Shown here one piece after another: positions 7,351 to 14,989 of a DNA stretch of 15,688 bases. The DNA is from an uncultured Acidobacteriota bacterium. GTDB taxonomy: Bacteria; Acidobacteriota; UBA6911. A program made the position numbers and the translations under genes. The stretch spans positions 1 to 15,688 of the forward strand of contig CAWJKZ010000003.1 of NCBI GenBank assembly GCA_963843575.1, written 5' to 3'. Position 1 is the first letter of the stretch. The number at the start of each line of letters is the position of its first letter. Under the pieces are notes generated by a model. It saw only the letters and a program-made list of their open reading frames with translations. It had not been told where the DNA came from and ran no database searches.

Positions 7351-7779
7351 TCAGCGGAGCGAACGGAGATAGGCGATCACCGCCTCGGCATCCTGGCCGT
7401 TCATGTGGAACTGAGGCATCGGAGCCTGGGGCACTCGTCCGTCGAGTCGGGAGCCTCTGGTCAGGAGACTGACGACGTCCTCGTCGCGGAACCCCGGGAG
7501 ACCGGCGATGTGCGGCGCCCGCACCGCCCATCTCTGATTGGGCCAGGGTGAAGCTACGGGGATGGGGGCCCCCTGAAGGAGACGGAGCCGGTCTAGGTCG
7601 CCCCCCACCGAGCGCGGTGTGTGACACTGCACGCACTGCGCCACGCTGTTGACGATGTACTCGCCGCGTTGGACCGGGCCGTTTGCGCCCGCGGCGGCGG
7701 GCGACGGCGGGATCTTCATCTGAGCCCATCCGCCAAGAACAATCGACAGAATCCCCAGCACACCCGGCGCCACCTTCAT
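7351..7779 (-). CDS. Secreted monoheme c-type cytochrome
   Basis: Signal peptide, RGEYIV..AQCVQCHTP heme-binding motif, APHI, distal PMPQF (candidate Met ligand), AVIAYLRSL terminal helix; SD GGAGG. Confidence 0.9.
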   Translation of the reverse strand: MKVAPGVLGILSIVLGGWAQMKIPPSPAAAGANGPVQRGEYIVNSVAQCVQCHTPRSVGGDLDRLRLLQGAPIPVASPWPNQRWAVRAPHIAGLPGFRDEDVVSLLTRGSRLDGRVPQAPMPQFHMNGQDAEAVIAYLRSLR

Positions 7780-7957
7780 CCCGTCCCTCCTGTGAGAAGT
7801 GCCACGTACATTTTACAGAACCGGCCCGCAAAATCCCGCATTACCACGTTCCCTTGGCTCATTTTCGCGGCGAGGAAGCTCCTCGGCGACCTGGAAGCGC
7901 GGCCCCCCGCTTGCCCTCGATCGGGGCCGCGGCCTGTCCACGCCGCTTCACATGTCC

Positions 7958-7963
7958 TATAAT
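7958..7963 (+). promoter_or_regulatory. Consensus -10 (TATAAT) 6 nt before GTG 7970: probable leaderless promoter
   Basis: CC-TATAAT-TCCCGG-GTG with no SD; the crotonase-like sequence begins right after this GTG. Confidence 0.6.
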
Positions 7964-7969
7964 TCCCGG

Positions 7970-8743
7970 GTGAGCGAGTGTCTCCGGACGACCGAATCGG
8001 GCGTGGCCCGATTGACCATCAACCGGCCCGATCGACGCAACGCGCTTGACGGCGCCACCATCGAAGCCCTGCGGCAGGCATTGCGCTCGTCGGTGGACGA
8101 CACGGCCGCGCGTGTCATCACCCTGACCGGTTCCGGCGACACGGTCTTCTGCGCCGGGGCAGACCTCAAGGCCGCCCTGGGTGAAGAGCAGGCGCCCGGC
8201 GACTTCGGCCGGGCCGGGTACCGCGAGCTGCTGCTGGAACTGCGGCGCTGTCCAAAGCCCACCGTCGCCCTTGCCCGCGGCCACGTCATGGCCGGGGGGC
8301 TCGGGATCCTTCTGGCCTGCGATTTCGCCCTGGGATGCGACGACATCCACGTCTCCACCCCCGAGATCAATGTCGGCTTGTTCCCCATGATGGTGCTGGC
8401 GCTCCTGTACCGGCATGTGGGGAGGAAGAAGGCGACCGAGATGCTGTTCCTGGGCGACCGCATGCCAGCCGCGGAGGCCAGGGAGTGCGGCATCTTCAAC
8501 GCGTTATACGGGCGCGGCGACTTCGAACCCGCCTCAGCCGCTTACGTCGCTCAACTGGCGCGCAAGAGCGGCGCCGTGCTGCGGCTGGGCAAGAGCGCGA
8601 TCCTGCACGTCGAAGACCGGCTGCTCGCGGACGAACTGGAATACCTGGAGCACGAGCTCGGGCGGGTGATGACCACGGAGGACAGCAGGGAAGGCGTGAA
8701 GGCATTCCTGGAGAAGCGAGCTGCGCACTGGAGGGATCGATGA
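7970..8743 (+). CDS. Enoyl-CoA hydratase/isomerase (crotonase) family protein
   Basis: LTINRPDRRNAL, FCAGADLK, PKPTVA, AGGLGILLACD, TPEINVGLFP, EDSREGVKAFLEKR. Start re-assigned from 7799 to GTG 7970 (ATG 7952 is an alternative). Confidence 0.93.
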   Translation: MSECLRTTESGVARLTINRPDRRNALDGATIEALRQALRSSVDDTAARVITLTGSGDTVFCAGADLKAALGEEQAPGDFGRAGYRELLLELRRCPKPTVALARGHVMAGGLGILLACDFALGCDDIHVSTPEINVGLFPMMVLALLYRHVGRKKATEMLFLGDRMPAAEARECGIFNALYGRGDFEPASAAYVAQLARKSGAVLRLGKSAILHVEDRLLADELEYLEHELGRVMTTEDSREGVKAFLEKRAAHWRDR

Positions 8744-10104
8744 AGACGGTCCGGATCGGCGGCGCCCTCGGTTTCTGGGGTGATCGCGGCGACGCGCTGT
8801 TCGGTCTGCTGCGCGGCGGACCGCTGGACTACGTCATCATGGATTACCTGGCCGAGGTGACCATGTCGATCCTGCAGAAGCAGCGTTCGAAGGTCCCGGG
8901 CCTCGGCTACCCCCACGATTTTGTGCCGCTCGCGCTTCGCGCGCTTCCGGAGTTGCGCGCCCGGGGAGTGCGACTGGTCACCGACGCCGGTGGCCTGTAT
9001 CCAACCGGCCTGGCGCAGGAGCTGATTGCGAGGTCGCTCGAGGCCGGGTACCCCGATCTGAAGGTGGGCGTCGTATGGGGCGACGACCTCGTGCCCGAAC
9101 TCCATCGGCTCGCCGCCGCGGGGATCGACCTGCGGCACATGGAAACCGGGGCCTCGCAACGCGAGATCCCTGGGCCCATTCTGTCCGCCAACGCTTATTT
9201 CGGCGCCTTCCCCATCGCCGAGGCCCTGGCAGGTGGCGCCGACATCGTGGTCACGGGACGGGTCAACGATGCCGCGCTCGCCCTCGGGCCTCTTATCCAC
9301 GAATTCGGCTGGAGACGCCACGACTACAACCTGCTCGCCTGCGGCACCATCGCCGGCCACCTGCTCGAGTGCGGTGGTCAGGCCTCCGGCGGGAACTTCA
9401 ACGGGGGCTGGGAGCTGGTGCCGGACCTGGACCGCCTGGCTTATCCTGTCGGGGAGGTCGGCCCGGACGGCTCCCTCGTCATGACCATTCACCCCGGCCA
9501 GGGCGGGCTGATGACGCCGGCGGTCCTGACGGAGCAGCTGCTGTACGAAATCGGCGACCCGGCGGCATACGTGGTTGCGGACGTCGTATGTGACATCGAG
9601 GCGGTCGAGATGCGGGACCTGGGCGGAAACAGGGTGGCCGTCTCGGGGACGCGCGGCCACCCTCCGACGGACAGCTACAAGGTCTCGATGAGCTACGACG
9701 GGGGTTATCAGGTTGCGGTGGGCCTGGTGTACACCTGGCCGGACTGCGTCGCGAAGGCACGCGCCGCGGCTTCCCTCATGTTGAGGCGCCTGGAGAAGCT
9801 CGGCGTCTCTTACCGCGATGTCCATGTTTCCGTGTTCGGCCAGGGCGCCGTGCACGGGGCCATGTCGCACACGGTCGAGGACCCGAACGAGGTCTACCTC
9901 CGGATGGCGTTCTCCGTGACAGACCGGGAGAGCGCTGAGCGCGTTTCCCGGGAAATGGTCACCCACATCCTGTGCGGGATCCCCACGGCGTGCATGCTCG
10001 AGCCGGGGCGGTCCGTCCCGCACCGGGAGGTCCTGTACTGGCCAAGCCTGGTGCCCAAGAGCGCTGTCGCTCCGCGCGTCCAAGTGATGGGAGGCGGGCG
10101 GTGA
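8740..10104 (+). CDS. Acyclic terpene utilization AtuA-family (DUF1446) protein, large subunit
   Basis: VRIGGALGFWGD, DYLAEVTMSIL, SANAYFGAFPIAEALAGGADIVVTGRVND, AGHLLECGGQASGGN, EQLLYEIGDP. ATG overlaps the upstream stop (ATGA 8740-8743). Confidence 0.92.
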   Translation: MKTVRIGGALGFWGDRGDALFGLLRGGPLDYVIMDYLAEVTMSILQKQRSKVPGLGYPHDFVPLALRALPELRARGVRLVTDAGGLYPTGLAQELIARSLEAGYPDLKVGVVWGDDLVPELHRLAAAGIDLRHMETGASQREIPGPILSANAYFGAFPIAEALAGGADIVVTGRVNDAALALGPLIHEFGWRRHDYNLLACGTIAGHLLECGGQASGGNFNGGWELVPDLDRLAYPVGEVGPDGSLVMTIHPGQGGLMTPAVLTEQLLYEIGDPAAYVVADVVCDIEAVEMRDLGGNRVAVSGTRGHPPTDSYKVSMSYDGGYQVAVGLVYTWPDCVAKARAAASLMLRRLEKLGVSYRDVHVSVFGQGAVHGAMSHTVEDPNEVYLRMAFSVTDRESAERVSREMVTHILCGIPTACMLEPGRSVPHREVLYWPSLVPKSAVAPRVQVMGGGR

Positions 10105-10433
10105 AGGAAGTGCCACTGGTCAGGATTGCGCACGGGCGCAGCGGGGACAAGGGCGACACCCTCAACTGCGGCATCATCGCGCGCAGGCCGGAGTATTACC
10201 AACTGATCGCGCAGCAGGTGACGGCCGAGCGCGTCAAAGAACACTTCGGGGAGTTTTGCAGGGGAGAGGTGCAGCGCTACGACCTGCCGAAACTCCACGC
10301 CTTCAATTTCGTGCTCACGCACTCCCTGGGCGGGGGCGGCACCGCATCCCTCCGCATCGACACTCAGGGCAAGACCTACGCGGCGGCGCTGATGCGGATA
10401 ACCGTGCGCGTTCCGGACGAATGGCCGGTTTGA
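10101..10433 (+). CDS. Small AtuA C-terminal-domain-like protein (partner of DUF1446)
   Basis: IAHGRSGDKGD, V.RY.LP.L.AFNFV..SLGGGG..SLRIDTQGKT motifs. GTG overlaps the upstream stop (GTGA 10101-10104); 110 aa. Confidence 0.88.
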   Translation: MKEVPLVRIAHGRSGDKGDTLNCGIIARRPEYYQLIAQQVTAERVKEHFGEFCRGEVQRYDLPKLHAFNFVLTHSLGGGGTASLRIDTQGKTYAAALMRITVRVPDEWPV

Positions 10434-10445
10434 AGGGAACTGCCG

Positions 10446-11180
10446 ATGGACAGACACATGAGCAGGATTCAGGGGAAAGTCGCACTGGTGACCGGCGGGA
10501 CACGGGGCATCGGGCTTGCGATCTCCAAGGCGCTGCTGGACCGGGATGCCCGAGTGTTCGTCTGTGCGACGGGGCAGCGCGGCGTCGACGCGTCGCTGGC
10601 GGAATTGGCGCCGGCTCACCCCGGCGCGATTGCCGGAGCTGCGTGCGACGTGCGCCGGCCCGGGCAGGTCCGTGCCCTGATGCAGGCGGCGGAGACACGG
10701 TTCGGGGGCCTCGATATCCTGGTCAACAACGCCGGCATAGGCGTATTCAACCCGATGGAGGAGATGTCGGTGGAGGATTGGGACAGGACGATCGAGACCA
10801 ACCTCTCCGGCGTCTTCTACTGCTGCCGCGAGGCCATTCCCCTCCTCAAACGGCGGGGGGGCGGCTACATCATCAACATCGGCAGCCTGGCGGGCAAAAA
10901 CGCGTTCGCGGGCGGGGCCGCCTACAACGCCTCGAAATTCGGTCTGATCGGGTTCTCGGAGGCCCTAATGCAGGATGTCCGCTACGACCACATTCGGGTC
11001 AGCTACGTCATGCCGGGATCGGTCGCCACCGAATTCGGCGGATCCGGCCCCGAGACGCCCCCGGGCACCTGGAAGCTCCACCCCGAAGACGTGGCCCAGG
11101 TCGTCGTGAGCCTGCTCGACATGGATCCAAGGGCGCTCCCGAGCCGGGTCGAACTGCGGCCGTCGGAACCCCCAAAGTAA
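10446..11180 (+). CDS. Classical short-chain dehydrogenase/reductase (SDR)
   Basis: TGGTRGIG, CDV, NNAG, IGS, catalytic YNASK, PGSVAT; SD-like AAGGGA 7 nt upstream (ATG 10458 is an alternative start). Confidence 0.95.
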   Translation: MDRHMSRIQGKVALVTGGTRGIGLAISKALLDRDARVFVCATGQRGVDASLAELAPAHPGAIAGAACDVRRPGQVRALMQAAETRFGGLDILVNNAGIGVFNPMEEMSVEDWDRTIETNLSGVFYCCREAIPLLKRRGGGYIINIGSLAGKNAFAGGAAYNASKFGLIGFSEALMQDVRYDHIRVSYVMPGSVATEFGGSGPETPPGTWKLHPEDVAQVVVSLLDMDPRALPSRVELRPSEPPK

Positions 11181-11226
11181 GGGCCCGGGGGCGGCCGGCC
11201 ATCAGCCCCCTCCACGGAGGTGTCCC

Positions 11227-12033
11227 ATGAAGTATGCTTCGCCGCAGACGATCGTTCGCCTGGGTGTGCTGGCCCTCGGCGGCCTGCTGGCGGGAGCGTC
11301 GCAGGCCCTGGCCCAAACGGCGCTCCGCGTCGGATACGTCATCGTCACGCCCGCGTTCGGCGACTCCAGCCGGCTGACCGCCTTCGAGACGTTTCGGTTC
11401 CGGGGGAACACCTCGACCCCGCAGGCCAGCGTTCTCGACAGCGCGCTGGCCACGAATGTCTCGCTGTTCGTGGCCGTGGACATCCTGTCGGGCCGCAACT
11501 CCGGCCTCTCCGTCGTCAATCCCGGAAATGCCTCGACGGCCGTCGACCTGATCCTGTACCGCGCGAACGGCTCGGTGCTGTCGACGCAACGTGTGGTCAT
11601 TCCCGGCGGCCGACAGATCTCGTTGTTCCTCACCGAGCTGTTTGCACGGGAACCGGAGCTCCACTCGAGTTTCACGGGACTGCTGAACCTGATCAGCTCG
11701 TCTCCCGTCGGGGTGGTCGCCTTGCGCTTTCAGGACGAGGATTTCAGCCCTGTGCCCCTGGTTTTCAACCTGCCGTTTGTGTCGACGGTGCCGCCGCGGC
11801 TCAATGGGGCGGGGGGCCCGGGTGCTCAGCTCCTGCCACAGTTCGCCACGGGGGCAGGGTGGGCGAGCGAGATCGTTTTGAGCAACACGTCCATCGGGCC
11901 GATCACGGTGCGTGTGGACCTATTCGACCAGGCGGGAGGGCCGTTGACAACCGCGACGACCCGTGGAAACGGCAGCAGCTTCACGGGCATCACGATCCCA
12001 CCCAACGGGGTGGTCGTGCTCGCGACGAAATAA
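11227..12033 (+). CDS. Secreted hypothetical protein with two internally repeated beta-sandwich-like modules
   Basis: Signal peptide ending ALA|Q; SD GGAGGT. Repeat units SGLSVVNPGNASTAVDLILYRANG...VVIPGG and SEIVLSNTSIGPITVRVDLFDQAG...ITIPPNG. Confidence 0.75.
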   Translation: MKYASPQTIVRLGVLALGGLLAGASQALAQTALRVGYVIVTPAFGDSSRLTAFETFRFRGNTSTPQASVLDSALATNVSLFVAVDILSGRNSGLSVVNPGNASTAVDLILYRANGSVLSTQRVVIPGGRQISLFLTELFAREPELHSSFTGLLNLISSSPVGVVALRFQDEDFSPVPLVFNLPFVSTVPPRLNGAGGPGAQLLPQFATGAGWASEIVLSNTSIGPITVRVDLFDQAGGPLTTATTRGNGSSFTGITIPPNGVVVLATK

Positions 12034-12044
12034 GCCCGGCAAAT

Positions 12045-12072
12045 GCAGGCCGGTCGCAGGCGACCTGCCTGC
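12045..12072. terminator. GC-rich hairpin between convergent genes (U-less terminator-like or REP-like)
   Basis: GCAGGC-C-GGTCGC-AG-GCGACC-T-GCCTGC: 12 of 13 arm positions are complementary. It lies between the stops at 12033 and 12095 and has no good U tract. Confidence 0.55.
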
Positions 12073-12094
12073 GGCGCGCACACCACGGACGGAA

Positions 12095-13471
12095 TCACGG
12101 AGCCTGGTAGGGCTTGACCTTCTCGTCAATCTTCGCCCGGTCGCCGACCACTACGATAGTCATCCTGTCGGGATCGAGGTAGGTTTCGGCCACTCGCTTG
12201 AGGTCGGCGGCCGTCACCGCATTCACCTTCTGGACGTAGGTCTTCAGGTAGACGTCGCTGAGGCCCTGCAGATCGACAAAAGCCAGCTGACCGACGATGC
12301 CGCGGTTGGACGAGTTCTGCAGGACGAATATCCCGCTCATGTAGTTCTTGATGCCCTGGAGTTCGGTGTCGCCGACAGGTTCCTGCCGGAGGCGGTTGGC
12401 TTCATACAGGATCTCCTTGATCGACTCCGCGGTCACGGCCGTCGTCACGTCGGCGTCCTCGACCCAGTGGGCCGTGTGGTAGCGGGTGGAAAAGGCGCTC
12501 GAGGGGGAGTAGGTGTAGCCTTTCTGCTCGCGGATATTGGAGGTGATGCGCGAGGCGAAAGAGCCGCCGAGGATGTTGTTGAGCACCTGGAAGGGAACAA
12601 AGTCCTGGCTGGCCGGGTGCGCGCCAACCGGCAGGCCGATGCGCAGGGTGGACTGGGCGGCGTCGGGACGGTCGATCAGCTTGAACGCCTTCCGCGGTTC
12701 GACCTTAGGCGGGTCGCGCACGATGTCCGGCCCTGCCGCCCAGGACTCGAAGGCCGAGGTGATGGCCTGCTTCACCGCGGGGTCGAACCGGCCGACGACG
12801 AAGAGATGGGTTCTGCGCGCCCCGGTGTTCTTCCCGTAGAAAGCCCGCACCGCGTCGATGGTGTACGACTTCAGCATCGCTTCGGTCGGGTAGAGGCGCC
12901 CGTAGGGGTGCTCGCCATAGATCAGGGTGTTGAAGGCCTCGTCCGCCTGGGCCTGCGGCGTCGAAAGGCCGACGGCCACCCTGCGGATGAGGTTCGTCCG
13001 GATCCGCTCGAGTTCCGAATCGGGCAGGCGGGGGTTGCGGGCCACGTCAGCCACCAGCCGAACGGCGTCGGCCGCGAAATCGCTCAGGACGTCGATGCTG
13101 ATCTGCGAGTCGTCCAGGCCCGCACCGATCGAAAGCTGGCCACCCATGCGTGCCGCCTCCTGATCCACCTGCTCGGCGGTCCGGGACACCGTCCCTTCCT
13201 TCATCAACGCGGCCAGGGTGTCGGCGAGCCAGATCTCCTGCGGACCCTCGTTGGCGTTCCCGAAGGCCATACGCGCGCTGACGGTCACCACCGGGATCGT
13301 GCCGTAGGGGACGAGCGTGACCCTCATCCCGTTCCCGAGGGTGTAATTCTCCTGGGCGGGTAGCGCGAACGGTTTCGGTTTTCCGCCCTGCGGGGGGAGT
13401 TCTTTCGCCGCGGCGAGCGCGGGGGCGATGCAGAACAAACCGGCGATCCACAGCAGACTTGCGCTTCTCAT
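12095..13471 (-). CDS. M16B (pitrilysin/insulinase) peptidase, non-catalytic subunit, secreted
   Basis: Signal peptide, TLGNGMRV, HXXEH replaced by LADTLAALMKEGT, HPYG, NNILGGSFASRI..NIREQKGYTY (R/Y pair). ATG 13471 with purine-rich SD. Confidence 0.92.
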   Translation of the reverse strand: MRSASLLWIAGLFCIAPALAAAKELPPQGGKPKPFALPAQENYTLGNGMRVTLVPYGTIPVVTVSARMAFGNANEGPQEIWLADTLAALMKEGTVSRTAEQVDQEAARMGGQLSIGAGLDDSQISIDVLSDFAADAVRLVADVARNPRLPDSELERIRTNLIRRVAVGLSTPQAQADEAFNTLIYGEHPYGRLYPTEAMLKSYTIDAVRAFYGKNTGARRTHLFVVGRFDPAVKQAITSAFESWAAGPDIVRDPPKVEPRKAFKLIDRPDAAQSTLRIGLPVGAHPASQDFVPFQVLNNILGGSFASRITSNIREQKGYTYSPSSAFSTRYHTAHWVEDADVTTAVTAESIKEILYEANRLRQEPVGDTELQGIKNYMSGIFVLQNSSNRGIVGQLAFVDLQGLSDVYLKTYVQKVNAVTAADLKRVAETYLDPDRMTIVVVGDRAKIDEKVKPYQAP

Positions 13472-13485
13472 GTCACCCTCTCCCA

Positions 13486-14865
13486 CTATTCAGGCTTCGC
13501 CGTCGAGGCGCCGGCCTCGATGGTCAGCACGGTCCGATTCGTCTCGCGCAGGTATTCCTTGGCAACGCGCTGCACCAGGGCGGGATTCACCCGGCGGAGC
13601 TCGCTTTCGATCGAGTTGATCGCCGACGGGTTGTCGTCGAACAGGGCGAACGAAGCCAGCAGGTCCGCCTTGCCGAAGCCGCCCAGCTGCGCCAGGCTCT
13701 GATAAAAGCCGGAGCGGAATTTCACGAGCGCACGGTCCAACTCGGCCTGGGATACCGGTGTCTGCTGAACTCCCTGGACCACCCGGTCTATGGCGGCGAG
13801 GAGGTCGTTGGCGCTGGCGCCGGCGTCATGAATGAGGCTGGCCGTCCAGAGCATCGGACCGTTGTAGTTGAAGGCGTTTCCCAGCATGTTGATGCCTCCG
13901 TCGACCGATTCGGTCGCCCCGCGCTTCTTCACCAGCTCGCGGTTGAGCAGGCTGTCGTCCCCCTGCAGCAGGATCTGGTCGAGTAGGACCATGGCAAAGT
14001 GCTCCGGCGACCTTCGGGGCGGGATGTGGTAGGCGACGGCCAACGCGGGCTTCTGCGCCAGCTTGTCGACCTTGTTGAAGCGCTTTTCCTTTTCCTGCCG
14101 CGGCTCGTTCAGGTCCGGGGACGGGGGACGGCGGGCCGCGGCGATGCCCGAGAAGTACTTGTCGATCCACGCCCTCGCCTCGGCTTCGTCGAAGTCCCCG
14201 ACGACCGCGAGCGCCGCGTTGTTCGGCGCGTAATACGTGTTGAAGAACTGCCTGACATCGGCCAGGGTCGCCGCCTCGATGTGCTGGAGCTCGCCGTAGA
14301 AGTTGTGGGCATTGTACCAGTTGGTGTTGGCGTACTGCGGCATGTCCAGCCAGGGGAACCCGCCGTAGGGCTGGTTGAGCACGTTGACTTTCACCTCGTT
14401 GCTCACCACCCCCTGCTGGTTGGTCAGGTTTTCCTGCGTGATGGCGAGCCCTTTCATGCGGTCGGCCTCGGCCCAGAGCATCGTCTCGAGCTTGTGCGAC
14501 GGGACGACCTGGAAGTAGTTGGTGAAGTCGAAACGGGTGCTCCCGTTCAGGACGCCGCCGTTTTGCTGCACCAGCCGGACGAACTCCATTTTGCCGAGGT
14601 TCTGTGAGCCCTGAAACATCATGTGCTCGAAGAGGTGCGCAAAACCGGTGCGGTCCTTCGGCTCGATCCGGAACCCGATGTTGTAGTAGACGCCCACTAC
14701 AACCGTGGGGGCCGTGGCGTCCCTGGACAGGACGACCTTCATCCCGTTCGGCAGCTTGTAGTAGGTCACCGGGATGCTGAGCTGAGGAGGCGTCTGGGCC
14801 GCCCCGGCGGAAGTCAGGGGAATGAGCGCCAAAAAGGCCAGAAAAGCACGTGCTCGCGTAGACAT
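13486..14865 (-). CDS. M16B (pitrilysin/insulinase) zinc peptidase, catalytic subunit, secreted
   Basis: Signal peptide, KLPNGMKVVL, TGFAHLFEHMMFQGS (HXXEH), NGSTRFDFTNY, EADRM, VSNEVK (third Zn ligand), YYAPNNA. ATG 14865 with SD GGAG; the upstream extension to 14991 is rejected. Confidence 0.95.
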   Translation of the reverse strand: MSTRARAFLAFLALIPLTSAGAAQTPPQLSIPVTYYKLPNGMKVVLSRDATAPTVVVGVYYNIGFRIEPKDRTGFAHLFEHMMFQGSQNLGKMEFVRLVQQNGGVLNGSTRFDFTNYFQVVPSHKLETMLWAEADRMKGLAITQENLTNQQGVVSNEVKVNVLNQPYGGFPWLDMPQYANTNWYNAHNFYGELQHIEAATLADVRQFFNTYYAPNNAALAVVGDFDEAEARAWIDKYFSGIAAARRPPSPDLNEPRQEKEKRFNKVDKLAQKPALAVAYHIPPRRSPEHFAMVLLDQILLQGDDSLLNRELVKKRGATESVDGGINMLGNAFNYNGPMLWTASLIHDAGASANDLLAAIDRVVQGVQQTPVSQAELDRALVKFRSGFYQSLAQLGGFGKADLLASFALFDDNPSAINSIESELRRVNPALVQRVAKEYLRETNRTVLTIEAGASTAKPE

Positions 14866-14906
14866 GCTGGCTCCGTGGATTGTTGCGGCTGCTTGCCTGT
14901 ACACCC

Positions 14907-14945
14907 GTACAGTGTCGGTGCCCACCGACACCGTACAATATAATA
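14907..14945. promoter_or_regulatory. Divergent promoter region: 30-bp inverted repeat abutting overlapping -10 elements
   Basis: GTAC-A-GTGTCGGTG-CC-CACCGACAC-C-GTAC at 14907-14936. TACAAT 14934-39 and TATAAT 14939-44 on +; TATTAT/TATATT on -. Confidence 0.6.
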
Positions 14946-14989
14946 CGCGAGACGCGGGAAATAGTTCCTGCGAGCAGAGCGGAGGAGCC

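Noticed and set aside
7799-7969. N-terminal extensions given by the ORF track (7799, 8335, 9972, 5779, 4050, 14991)
   Set aside because: They overlap promoters or neighbouring genes; SD sites, stop-start overlaps and domain starts support the later starts.
8551-10116. Long antisense or alternative-frame ORFs (8551-10116, 11963-13363, 13826-15667, 5809-6867, 4402-5460, 1684-2820 and others)
   Set aside because: They shadow well-supported genes, have no motifs, and are expected from the scarcity of stop codons in GC-rich DNA.
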